Made by a program: the position numbers and the translations under genes. A stretch of 64,000 bases of DNA, from the NCBI GenBank assembly GCA_007376445.1, contig VMGF01000003.1, forward strand, positions 31,024-95,023, written 5' to 3'. This DNA comes from Parcubacteria group bacterium Gr01-1014_3. Lineage in GTDB: Bacteria > Patescibacteriota > Minisyncoccia > UBA6257 > WO2-44-18. The notes under the pieces were generated by a model, which saw only the letters and a list, made by a program, of their open reading frames with translations, had not been told where the DNA came from and ran no database searches. How positions within the stretch are numbered: the stretch's first letter is position 1; every line of letters starts with the position of its first letter. Positions 41,865 through 51,148 of the stretch are shown piece by piece.

Positions 41865-44048
41865 CTATTCCAGTTTTACGGAGAGTAATCGCGAAGTTCC
41901 ATCGCTTCCCATCGTAACGCCATACATGATATCCGCCGATTCCATGGTGGCGCGATTATGCGTGACAATAATAAACTGAGTTTTGGAAGAAAAATCTTTA
42001 ACCAGTTCCGCGAACTTTCGCGCGTTGCGTTCGTCCAGGGCGGCATCTACTTCATCAAGCACCAAAAACGGCGGTGGACTGACGGAAATCAAGGCAAACA
42101 AAACCGCCACGGACACCAAGGCCTTTTCTCCGCCAGAAAGCATTTCGAGGCCACTGATCTTTTTGCGAGGAATACTGATGCCCATCTCAATGCCACCGTG
42201 GTCGAATTTATGGTCCTCCTCCCTTTCCGCCGCCCCCTGCCTACCGGCAGGCAGGTCCTCCACCATCGCTTCCTCGGCTTCACTTATAATTTTCTTTTCT
42301 TTTTTAACCAGAGTTAGCTTTGCTGATCCGCCGTCGAAAAGCAGTTTGAAATATTTATTGAATTCTTCGTTGATGGACTTGAGCGCGCTGTTAAATTCTC
42401 CGTGAATTTTCTCATCCAAGTCATTAATAAGTAAGGCGAGATCGGCTGAAGCTTTTTTCAAATCTTCATTTTGCGCGGACAAAAAATTGTAGCGTGATTC
42501 AGTTTCCTGCGCTTCTTTAACTAGCGCCGGATCAAGATCACCAATACCAGCCAACTCCGCGCGCAGCTTGAACATCCGCTTCTCCATCTCGGCGAAATCG
42601 CTAGTCTTTCCGCCCGAGGCGGATCCTCGTTGGGAGGAAAATTCATGCAATCGGCGGCCAGATTGCATCGCCAGGTTTTCCAGTTCTTTCCGGCGGATCT
42701 CTACTCTTTCTCTTTCAAATAAAATTTTATTCTTCTCGGTATCCAGACGCGCCATCTCATCTTTTTTCTGCTCGACTAATTCAAAGGCTCTCCGGAAAGT
42801 GCCGGTGAACTGCTTGAGCGTGTCGTTGAGGTGGCTTTCCGCCTCCCTAAGCTTATTTAAATCAGCGTCCACCGTCTGAATATCCGCCATCGCCTTTTTC
42901 TTAGCACTATCCAATTCAGCGATCTTTTCATCCCGGCCGGAATTATCTGCCTGCAAGCTGTCATCGATACGCTTGATCAGCTTTTGCAAAAGCGACTTCA
43001 CTGCGCCAAAATCGCCTTCATTTAATACCGCGCCAATCGCGCCCTTCACTTCCTCAAGCAGTTTCACCGCCTCCGCGGCTTTAATTTCGCTCTTCGGCTG
43101 AGCCGCCAAAAACTCCATCTGCGCCTCCAAACGGCCAAGTTCTTTTTGAAGTAAAGATTTCCGGTTTAGAACATCGCTCTGCTGTTTTTTAAAATCGTTG
43201 AATCCTTTGTCGTCGGAAGGCTGAGCTTTTTCTACTTTATGTAATTCTTCCTGTAATTTTCTTAATTCTTGATTCTTGATTCCTACTTCCTGATTTATTT
43301 TTTGGATCTGCGGTTCAATGGCGGAAAAATCCGATTCGATCACGCCGAGTCTTCCGCTGAAATAATTTTCCTCCAAAGTTCGCAATTCTTTTTCGACTTC
43401 GGCATGCTTTTCCCAACGCGTGGTCTGGCGTCTTAATAACCGAAGATGTGGCAGTATCTCCTGCACCATCGCCTCCACCTTATCGAGGTTGATCTTGGTA
43501 TTCTTCAGTTTATTCTGCGCCTCATGCTTTTTGAGCTGATACTGACGAAGGCCGAGTACCTCTTCGATCATCTCGCGCCGTTCTTCCTGGCTAGCCCGCA
43601 CGAATAGATCGCTACTGCCCTGGTTTATGATAGAAAACCCTTTTGTGCCGAGGCGGGCTTTGGCAAAAAAATCGATAATGTCTTTTAAGCGGACCTCCGA
43701 GCCATTTAATAAATATTCCGAAGTGCCATCGCGGCTAATCTTGCGGGTAATCGCGATCTCGGTGTAATCAATGGGAAAAAACCGGGTGCTGTTGTCGAAA
43801 ACAATGGTCGCCTGCGCCATACCAACACGCGGGCGCTCCGGCGTGCCAGCGAAGATCAGATCTTCCGCTTTGGCGCCACGGATATTTTTCGCTTCGCGTT
43901 CACCCAAAAGCCAACGCAAAGCGTCGATGACATTCGATTTACCAGAACCATTCGGACCAACAATAGCCGTGATTCCAGCCGGAAAATCGAGCGTGGTTTT
44001 GGAAACAAATGACTTAAAACCCACCAGCTCTAACTGCTTAAGTAGCAT
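41865..44048 (-). CDS. smc: SMC-family chromosome segregation ATPase (short, 727 aa)
   Basis: N-terminal Walker A GPNGSGKSN, long coiled coil, C-terminal LSGGEKALVSVAVLFAL...LDEVDAALDE. Confidence 0.8.
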   Translation of the reverse strand: MLLKQLELVGFKSFVSKTTLDFPAGITAIVGPNGSGKSNVIDALRWLLGEREAKNIRGAKAEDLIFAGTPERPRVGMAQATIVFDNSTRFFPIDYTEIAITRKISRDGTSEYLLNGSEVRLKDIIDFFAKARLGTKGFSIINQGSSDLFVRASQEERREMIEEVLGLRQYQLKKHEAQNKLKNTKINLDKVEAMVQEILPHLRLLRRQTTRWEKHAEVEKELRTLEENYFSGRLGVIESDFSAIEPQIQKINQEVGIKNQELRKLQEELHKVEKAQPSDDKGFNDFKKQQSDVLNRKSLLQKELGRLEAQMEFLAAQPKSEIKAAEAVKLLEEVKGAIGAVLNEGDFGAVKSLLQKLIKRIDDSLQADNSGRDEKIAELDSAKKKAMADIQTVDADLNKLREAESHLNDTLKQFTGTFRRAFELVEQKKDEMARLDTEKNKILFERERVEIRRKELENLAMQSGRRLHEFSSQRGSASGGKTSDFAEMEKRMFKLRAELAGIGDLDPALVKEAQETESRYNFLSAQNEDLKKASADLALLINDLDEKIHGEFNSALKSINEEFNKYFKLLFDGGSAKLTLVKKEKKIISEAEEAMVEDLPAGRQGAAEREEDHKFDHGGIEMGISIPRKKISGLEMLSGGEKALVSVAVLFALISVSPPPFLVLDEVDAALDERNARKFAELVKDFSSKTQFIIVTHNRATMESADIMYGVTMGSDGTSRLLSVKLE

Positions 44049-44074
44049 ACCTTAATTCTAAAACACAAAACTCC

Positions 44075-44190
44075 AATTTCCAATTATCAATTTTCATTCA
44101 ATACGCAATAACCAAACTTTAAACGGTTTAAAAATTGGTTCTTTGAAAATTCAATGAAAATTGCAAAATTGAGAATTGAAAATTAAAGGA
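44075..44190. repeat. intergenic repeat family A copy 2
   Basis: CAATTTTCATTCAAT ... ATTCAATGAAAATTGCAAAATTGAGAATTGAAAATT inverted arms. Confidence 0.65.
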
Positions 44191-44194
44191 GCCC

Positions 44195-45991
44195 CTATGG
44201 GGCTCCGTCAACTATCGCTTCGACTTCTCGTCCATCCAGCGTTTCTTTTTCCAGAAGAGCTTTCGCTATTTTTTCAAGCTTATCCTGATTATCTTTAATC
44301 AACTTCACTGCTAGCTCATAAGCCTCGTCCAGAAGCTTTTTCACTTCCGCGTCAATGATCTGCTTAGTCGCTTCGGAACAATTCATCGTGTCGGAGGTAA
44401 TGTTCAAGAACGCCGCCCGAGTCACAAAAACTTCCTTTCCGACCTTGTCGCTCATGCCATACTCACACACCATAGCTCTCGCAACTCGGCTTGCTTCGCG
44501 GAAATCAGATGAAGCGCCGCTACTTTCGGAATTGAACTTGTACATCTCACCGGCTCGGCCACCCATCATCACCGCCATCTGCGCTAACATCATTTCCTTG
44601 CTTTGAATATGAACGTCTTCGTCCGGAAGCATCCACGTCGCGCCACCCGATGGTCCGCGCGGAATGATCGTCACGATGCGGACAGGATTTGATCCTTTAT
44701 TCCGCAAAAGCGTGGTGATCAGAGCGTGGCCGCCTTCATGATAAGCCGTAATAGCTTTTTCCCGGTCGGGAATAAAATTCTTCGATGCCGCGCCCATCAT
44801 CACTTTAATGATCGCCTCATCCAGATCCGCGCTATCAATCGCGGGTTTTTTCTTACCAACCGCGGCAATTGCCGATTCGTTCATAACCGCGGCCAAGTCA
44901 GCGCCAGAAAACCCGGAAGTGCCCTTAGCAACTCTTTGCAGGCTCACGTCCGGAGCTAATTTCTTACCCTTAGAATGAACCAAGAGAATTGCTTCTCTTG
45001 ATCTAACGTCGGGACGAGCAATTAATATCTTTCGATCTAGCCGGCCAGGCCGGACAATTGCTTCGTCAAGCGATTCTGGGCGGTTCGTCGCCGCCAGAAC
45101 TACCACTCGGTCAGAACTGGAAAAACCATCCATCTCGGTCAAAAGCGAGCTCAAAGTTTGATTGTATTCCTCATGCGTCATGCGCATTGTCCGAGTGCTA
45201 GCAACAGTATCCAATTCATCAATGAAGATGATACAGGGCTGACTCTTGCGGGCTTTCTCAAACATTTCACGGACTCGGCCAGCGCCAACGCCAACGAACA
45301 TTTCCACGAACTTAGAGCCATCCATGCTGATAAAAGCCATATTGGATTCCCCGGCCGTAGCTTTGGCCAGCAAAGTTTTGCCGTTACCAGGAGGTCCAAC
45401 TAGAAGAACTCCTCGCGGAACCTTAGCGCCAACGTCAGTATACTTTGTCGGATTATCAAAAAAATCGACGATCTCTTTCAACTCCTTGATCGCTTCATCG
45501 CAACCGGCCACGTCAGAATATCTCTCCTTCGGTCGCTTTGCTTCGCCGATCTTAGTCTGATCCATGGCCATCTGCCGCTGACGTTTATTGATCCAGAGCA
45601 TCGCGGCGATCAGCAGTAAAATCGGACCAAAGATAAACAACAGGGTGAAGATAATACTCCAGCCCCACCAGGCAGCTTCGGTCTTTTGGCGAGTTACGGG
45701 TATGCCTTTAGCGACCGCTTTCTCCACGAGATCGTTCACGTCAAAAACGGTAGACCGGAATTTATTGCCGTCTGTATATTCGCCTGTCGCGATGGCCGAC
45801 TCCACGTTAACCGCTAACGACTTAACATTTCCATCATTGATTGCCTTATAAAGCTCGGTGACCGTGATGTCCCGCGCTGCTTCCGTAATCGGAACACGCA
45901 CAACTATCATCGAAAGGGCTATCATGATCAGCGAAGCTATAAAAAATATCCGTAAGAAAGCTCTCAGCGGTGAAGGCGGTTTATTTTCCAC
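44195..45991 (-). CDS. ftsH: ATP-dependent zinc metalloprotease FtsH
   Basis: GPPGNGKT Walker A, AAA SRH, HEGGHA zinc motif. Confidence 0.9.
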   Translation of the reverse strand: MENKPPSPLRAFLRIFFIASLIMIALSMIVVRVPITEAARDITVTELYKAINDGNVKSLAVNVESAIATGEYTDGNKFRSTVFDVNDLVEKAVAKGIPVTRQKTEAAWWGWSIIFTLLFIFGPILLLIAAMLWINKRQRQMAMDQTKIGEAKRPKERYSDVAGCDEAIKELKEIVDFFDNPTKYTDVGAKVPRGVLLVGPPGNGKTLLAKATAGESNMAFISMDGSKFVEMFVGVGAGRVREMFEKARKSQPCIIFIDELDTVASTRTMRMTHEEYNQTLSSLLTEMDGFSSSDRVVVLAATNRPESLDEAIVRPGRLDRKILIARPDVRSREAILLVHSKGKKLAPDVSLQRVAKGTSGFSGADLAAVMNESAIAAVGKKKPAIDSADLDEAIIKVMMGAASKNFIPDREKAITAYHEGGHALITTLLRNKGSNPVRIVTIIPRGPSGGATWMLPDEDVHIQSKEMMLAQMAVMMGGRAGEMYKFNSESSGASSDFREASRVARAMVCEYGMSDKVGKEVFVTRAAFLNITSDTMNCSEATKQIIDAEVKKLLDEAYELAVKLIKDNQDKLEKIAKALLEKETLDGREVEAIVDGAP

Positions 45992-46111
45992 GTACCATCT
46001 CCTTTCATTTTCAATGAACCTTACAATTCAAACACTAACTTTAGCCTCGGTCAAAGCACTAGAACACAGAATTTTACAATGACAATATGACGATGACCGA
46101 TGAAAAATAGC

Positions 46112-46804
46112 CTACTCCTCCCATTTCGTCAGAGCCTGCTTGGCCGCGTCTACTTCCGCGTCTTGCTTCGCCTGCCCGCTACCGGTAGCTAAGTGCTTTT
46201 CACCGATATACACGCCAACCCGGAAAACTTTCTGGTGATCTGGACCGCTCTCTTCGAGAACTTTATAGATCGGCGTGATCTTGAATTCGCTCTGCGCCTT
46301 TTCCTGTAAGTTGCTTTTCGCGTCTTTGATCAGTCCTTTTTTGAAAACTTCTTCGAGATGCTCCAATACGAAAGTCACTACGAATTTCTTAGCCGGCGCG
46401 TAGCCGTCGTCTAAATAAATCGCGCCGATAACCGCCTCGATCGCGTTCGCCAAGATCACATCCCTGGCGCGGCCGGTATCTTTTGCTTCTCCGCGGGACA
46501 TCAGCACGTATTTTTCAAGATCAATGGATTTCGCCACCGTGGCCATCATCACGTAATTCACCAGCGCCGCGCGGATCCCGGTCAGCGGGCCCTCTTTATA
46601 ATCTGGGTACCTATTATATAGCTCCTCGGTGACGATCAGCTCCAGCACCGCGTCGCCCAAAAACTCCAGCCGTTCGTTGTGAGGTACTTCCCACTTTGGG
46701 TTTTCATTTAAATACGAGCGGTGCGTCAAAGCCTCCTTCAAAAGGTCTTTGTTCTTAAAAACATAATCTACGTTTTTTTCAAACGTTTTAATATTTTGTA
46801 ACAT
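46112..46804 (-). CDS. rnc: ribonuclease III
   Basis: ERLEFLGDAVL catalytic signature; C-terminal dsRBD. Confidence 0.9.
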   Translation of the reverse strand: MLQNIKTFEKNVDYVFKNKDLLKEALTHRSYLNENPKWEVPHNERLEFLGDAVLELIVTEELYNRYPDYKEGPLTGIRAALVNYVMMATVAKSIDLEKYVLMSRGEAKDTGRARDVILANAIEAVIGAIYLDDGYAPAKKFVVTFVLEHLEEVFKKGLIKDAKSNLQEKAQSEFKITPIYKVLEESGPDHQKVFRVGVYIGEKHLATGSGQAKQDAEVDAAKQALTKWEE

Positions 46805-46805
46805 C

Positions 46806-46876
46806 AGACAAATTTTAAATTTTTAATTTTGAAATTTTAAATTAATTTAAAATTTTTAATTTATAATTGAAAATTA
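46806..46876. promoter_or_regulatory. AT-rich palindromic leader element family B copy 3, directly upstream of rnc
   Basis: TTTAAAATTTTTAATTTATAATTGAAAATTATT core. Confidence 0.6.
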
Positions 46877-47350
46877 TTTTTCAGCCGCTTTCTCTTTCTT
46901 CTCCCTCTTCGGCTCCTCTTTCAAGTCGCCTGAGGCGATCATCTGCTTATAAACCGTGCCAAGCACGCCATTAATAAATTTACCGGAATTCGGACCGCCG
47001 TAATTTTTCGAAATCTCAATGGCTTCATTAATCGCCACCTTCGGTGGAACTTCCTCATGATCGGCATACATCAGCTCATAAAGTCCGATACGAATGGCAT
47101 TGCGGTCAATAATCGCGATCTGCTCAAGCGGCCAATCCGGCGCGACCTTCGTGATTATCTCGTTCAGGTCTTTTAAATGTTCAACTATCCCCTTTACTAA
47201 ACGCCAGGCAAAATCCGGCTCATCGATACCCGGAGCGAACTCCAGTAAGTTCCTCTCAACGATCTTGATAAGGTCATTCTTCTGACTATAAAAATCCCAC
47301 TCGTACAAAGATTGTAGGACTACGGAACGCGCTAGTTGTCGAGTAGCCAT
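46874..47350 (-). CDS. nusB: transcription antitermination factor NusB with Lys/Glu-rich tail
   Basis: NusB fold signature. Confidence 0.85.
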   Translation of the reverse strand: MATRQLARSVVLQSLYEWDFYSQKNDLIKIVERNLLEFAPGIDEPDFAWRLVKGIVEHLKDLNEIITKVAPDWPLEQIAIIDRNAIRIGLYELMYADHEEVPPKVAINEAIEISKNYGGPNSGKFINGVLGTVYKQMIASGDLKEEPKREKKEKAAEK

Positions 47351-47364
47351 GTTTTTATTATTAC

Positions 47365-47516
47365 AGAAAAATTCTCAATTTTCAAATACCTGTTTTTGAA
47401 TTTCCAAATATCAATTTTGCAATTTTCAATCAATTTACAATGAATTAATTTTCAAAACCATTGATCCTTAGGTCTTGATGATTGAATGAAAATTGGTATT
47501 TGGAAATTGAAAATTA
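47365..47516. repeat. intergenic repeat family A copy 3 (longest)
   Basis: Aligns along about 110 nt with copy 1 at 6128-6240. Confidence 0.7.
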
Positions 47517-47766
47517 CTTAGAGGATCCGTAGTGGGCGCACTGTGGGCAGGTTTTGTGCGACAAAACCGGACCCTGGCAATTCGGGCATACGGAAATATT
47601 CAGCTTCTTGAGGGCCATATGCGAACGCCTGCGCCCCGTCTTCCCTTTTGAATGATGTTTTGTTGGTACACCTCCCATAAATTTATTAGTTAGATTATAT
47701 AGCTATTTCAGATTTTCGTCAACTTTGACTTTCAAATACACCGAGGCGTAAAATTAAGGGAGTTGT

Positions 47767-48891
47767 TTGAAATGGAGATCAACCGTGCAGAGCAGCAAAC
47801 TCTACCTCGCTTTAATATTTACTTCATTAATAGTAGCCTGCTCGAAAAAACCAATACCGCAAACTCCTATCGCGAGTGTTCCGGTGGTTAACTCGGTTCC
47901 TAAACCCTTACCGCCTCAACCAAAAACTCCTGGCGAAATTTTTGAAGAAGCAGATTATCTTGCTTATATCACCATCGAATTCCTGCTTGACCCGAAAAAC
48001 CCCGCCACCTACCGGCGAGGAGTCGGCTCCGGCTCGCTGTTTGAATTCGAAAAAAATCTTTACGTACTGACCGCGGCCCATCTCAAACCGCCATTTGGCG
48101 AGATTCAAAGCGTCTGGGTCAGACTGAAAGACAAAGAATATTACGAAAAACATCTGGAAGCTGAATTTGTGGCCTATGATCGGGTGCTAGATGTCGCCAT
48201 CTTGGGTTTCAAGGAAAAGTTTGAATATAAAGGAAGGCTTGCCAACTTCGGTAAATCCGCGACGCTCAAGCAGGGCGATGTAGTGGCCGCTCTCGGAGCG
48301 CCAAATCAGATACCGGACTGCTTTTCCGGCGGCCTGATCGAAAATCCTTTCGTTGGAATGGATGAAGGCACGGACCATCCCGGACTGATCTTCTATAGCG
48401 CCACGGTAAGGCCCGGTAATTCTGGTGGTCCCTTGTTGGATCAGTATGGCGAATTGGTAGGTATCAATATCCGAATCTTCGGAGGCAATCCCGGCAACTG
48501 GAGCGCTCAAGCGGTGCCGATCGATGACATTAAAAATCTTATCCCGAAGATCATGGCCGTCGGCTCGGACTGGCCGCACATGATCCTGCCGATGACGATC
48601 CTCAACGGCTGGGACATCACTCCATACGGCTATGAACGCTTGGGACTGAAAGCCCCGGATAAACCCGGGCTGGTAATTATGAAGATTCCCGCTGTCTTCG
48701 CCGAAAAATATAAAGACTTTAAGGTTGGCGATCTGATCCTGAAGGTGAACGGAGAAAAAATCGTTAATGCCGGCCGCTTCATTCATCAGATCATGACCGA
48801 CGTAGAGTTGCCGGACAGCGTTGAGCTCTTGATCGAACGGGACGGAGAAACCCTGACGCTTAAAGCCCCCCTGATGCCGTTTTTTAAATAA
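47767..48891 (+). CDS. trypsin-like serine protease with C-terminal PDZ domain (HtrA/DegP-like lipoprotein), paralog 1
   Basis: TTG start with AAGGGAG RBS; lipobox LIVAC; LTAAHL (His), DVAIL (Asp), GNSGGPL (Ser); PDZ GLVIMKIP...GDLILKVNG. Confidence 0.8.
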   Translation: MKWRSTVQSSKLYLALIFTSLIVACSKKPIPQTPIASVPVVNSVPKPLPPQPKTPGEIFEEADYLAYITIEFLLDPKNPATYRRGVGSGSLFEFEKNLYVLTAAHLKPPFGEIQSVWVRLKDKEYYEKHLEAEFVAYDRVLDVAILGFKEKFEYKGRLANFGKSATLKQGDVVAALGAPNQIPDCFSGGLIENPFVGMDEGTDHPGLIFYSATVRPGNSGGPLLDQYGELVGINIRIFGGNPGNWSAQAVPIDDIKNLIPKIMAVGSDWPHMILPMTILNGWDITPYGYERLGLKAPDKPGLVIMKIPAVFAEKYKDFKVGDLILKVNGEKIVNAGRFIHQIMTDVELPDSVELLIERDGETLTLKAPLMPFFK

Positions 48892-48973
48892 ACCTGACCC
48901 TCTCTTGCGATTTCGCGAGGGAGGGTTTATTCTTTGTGAAGTTTTCGGAACCTTGAAATAAAGGAGGTCTCTA

Positions 48974-50182
48974 ATGAGACGAATCGTGGCTGTCGCCGGA
49001 CTGCTTGTTTGTGTTGCTATTATGACCGGATGCATCCCAAGTTTCTTGAAGCCGACCTATAGCAACTTCGCTGAAAATCTTGCGTTGGACCAAGACACTT
49101 CGTTTGGATGTGACGACGCCAAGGATGGCTTAGCCAAGCCTGAAAAAACTGCCGAAGAAATCTATCAATGCGTTAACGTAGTTCATCTTGAATTGGTGGT
49201 TGGATTAAGCCGGGAGGCCGGAAGCGCGGCGGGATTCGTTGTGAAATACAACAACAAACCGCACATTCTGACCGCGGGCCACGTTAACACGACCAACGTC
49301 AAATTCAAGGCAATCTATGCTTACTTCAGCCAGGGCCATCAGAGGCCGGAAGAAGTTGAGATCGTTGTTTCGGATAATTTCCTGGACTTTGCCTTGCTCC
49401 GATTCAAAGATCCGAAGTTCGTCTACGATGGCCCATACGCGGTACTTGGCTGTTCTAGCGGCTTGAGTGTTGGGCAAAAAGTATACGCGCTTGGGTCTCC
49501 GCTCGGATTCCGATACTACTTTTCGGAAGGGATCATCGGAAAGATCGAGCAGGGCATGGATCATGACGGAATTCTCCAGCCGGAGATCATCATGCATGGC
49601 GCCACGATCAATCCAGGAAATTCCGGCGGACCGCTGGTTGATAAGTATGGAAGAGTAGTCGGCATCAATGTGATGGGCATCAGCGGGGGTTTCTCTCCGT
49701 TCCGTCCGTCGATAGTCACTACTATGCCGGTCGCGATACCGATCGATGATGTGAAATCTGTGGTCATGCGTACCAGAAAAGGCGGACCTGTTGAGCATTC
49801 CTATCTCGGACTCAAACTCTGGGACACGCGCGACCTCAATCCGTTGGACTACGAACAGCGCGAGGTGACAATTCCCGACCGAGATGGCCTGATCGTTTTC
49901 CTGATGGCAAAGAATTCGCCGGCCGCGAAATCGGGCCTTCAAAAGGGCGATCTGATCCTGGAATGCGACGGTAAAAAGTACGACCGCACCTGCGAGATCG
50001 CCAAGCGCGCGCTTTTCGAGACCGAACCCGGAACCGAAATGGAATTTAAGGTTCTGCGGCAATACACCGGTTATCAGATTGTTGAAACCAATGAAAAAGG
50101 TATGGCTGTGTACAAGACCGCTTATACCAAAATGAAGAATCCAGCCGTCCTGACCATCAAAGTCAAGCCGGAGGTTAGGTAA
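48974..50182 (+). CDS. trypsin-like serine protease with PDZ domain (HtrA-like lipoprotein), paralog 2
   Basis: Lipobox IMTGC; LTAGHV, DFALL, GNSGGPL; C-terminal PDZ. Confidence 0.8.
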   Translation: MRRIVAVAGLLVCVAIMTGCIPSFLKPTYSNFAENLALDQDTSFGCDDAKDGLAKPEKTAEEIYQCVNVVHLELVVGLSREAGSAAGFVVKYNNKPHILTAGHVNTTNVKFKAIYAYFSQGHQRPEEVEIVVSDNFLDFALLRFKDPKFVYDGPYAVLGCSSGLSVGQKVYALGSPLGFRYYFSEGIIGKIEQGMDHDGILQPEIIMHGATINPGNSGGPLVDKYGRVVGINVMGISGGFSPFRPSIVTTMPVAIPIDDVKSVVMRTRKGGPVEHSYLGLKLWDTRDLNPLDYEQREVTIPDRDGLIVFLMAKNSPAAKSGLQKGDLILECDGKKYDRTCEIAKRALFETEPGTEMEFKVLRQYTGYQIVETNEKGMAVYKTAYTKMKNPAVLTIKVKPEVR

Positions 50183-50209
50183 ACAATCGTCCCCGCAAAT
50201 GCGGGGACT

Positions 50210-50290
50210 TTTAATTTTCAATTCTCAATTTTGCAATTTTCAAATTTGGAAATTGAATGAAAATTGGTAATTGGAAATTGATAATTGGTG
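50210..50290. repeat. intergenic repeat family A copy 4 (short)
   Basis: CAATTTTGCAATTTTCAAATTTGGAAATTGAATGAAAATTGGTAATTGGAAATTG. Confidence 0.65.
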
Positions 50291-50324
50291 TTGTATAGTC
50301 TTGGTAGTTACTTGAAAGGGCTCA

Positions 50325-51068
50325 TTGGTGGAGAAAATTCTCTCGATCACGCTTGCGCTGATCTTCTGTCAGGCCTGTACTCCCGCGGAGATCCAGCCAC
50401 TACCCGATCCCCTAGCGAATTTGCCGGTCAAAACCGCCCAGCAGATCTACGACGAAGCTGATTATTTCGTGATGATTGAAGGAAGCCGGTACGCCGATGG
50501 CGATTTTCAATCCTTCAAGCTTTCCGGGTTTTTGCTTCAATACGCCGACACCTACTATATAGTTACCGCCGGGCATATCAAAAAACCCGGACAGATCATC
50601 TCCGAACCTCTCCGTGTAACTTTGAAAAATGAGACGAACCGTTACTATCACGCCAAAATTCTCGCGATAGATAATGACTATGACGTGGCAATCCTGAAGA
50701 TCGGTTCGGACGCCTTCGATTTTCGCGGCAATATCGGCAAGTTCGGGAACTCCGACTTGGTTGAATTAGATGATCCAGTAATATCCATCGGGAATCCGCC
50801 CGGACACGACTGGCATCTTTCCACCGGAAAAGTGTTAAGTCGGAACTATCGCAACTATAAAAACGTCGCCAAGCATATTCAGCATTCCGCCTGGGGCGGC
50901 CATGGCAGTTCCGGCGGCCCATTACTCAACCGTTACGGTCAGATCATCGGCATGAACATTTCGATGAAGACCGCCAGCATCGACGAAACGAGCTCGAACC
51001 GGATCAACGCTCTTCCCGCGAAATATATTCAAAGATTTTTAGAAAAGGTTTTGCAAAATCCCCACTAG
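50325..51068 (+). CDS. trypsin-like serine protease without PDZ domain, paralog 3
   Basis: Signal peptide; VTAGHI, DVAIL, GSSGGPL triad. Confidence 0.7.
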   Translation: MVEKILSITLALIFCQACTPAEIQPLPDPLANLPVKTAQQIYDEADYFVMIEGSRYADGDFQSFKLSGFLLQYADTYYIVTAGHIKKPGQIISEPLRVTLKNETNRYYHAKILAIDNDYDVAILKIGSDAFDFRGNIGKFGNSDLVELDDPVISIGNPPGHDWHLSTGKVLSRNYRNYKNVAKHIQHSAWGGHGSSGGPLLNRYGQIIGMNISMKTASIDETSSNRINALPAKYIQRFLEKVLQNPH

Positions 51069-51148
51069 ATGGGGATTTTTTTAATTTTATATATTCTGTT
51101 TCCAGAAAGTAGTTGTCCGAGCAAGAAAAATTTAGTAAAATTCTAGCA

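Noticed and set aside
41247-42405. Plus-strand ORFs overlapping apt and smc (41284..41619, 41958..42317, 41983..42405 and others)
   Set aside because: They are overlapping frames of confident minus-strand genes and their low-complexity translations are not protein-like.
48187-50221. Long minus-strand ORFs (48187..49035, 49205..50221) antisense to the HtrA-like protease genes
   Set aside because: They are fully embedded antisense to well-supported protease CDSs with clear catalytic motifs and have no RBS or recognisable domains. They are likely shadow ORFs of GC-skewed coding sequence.
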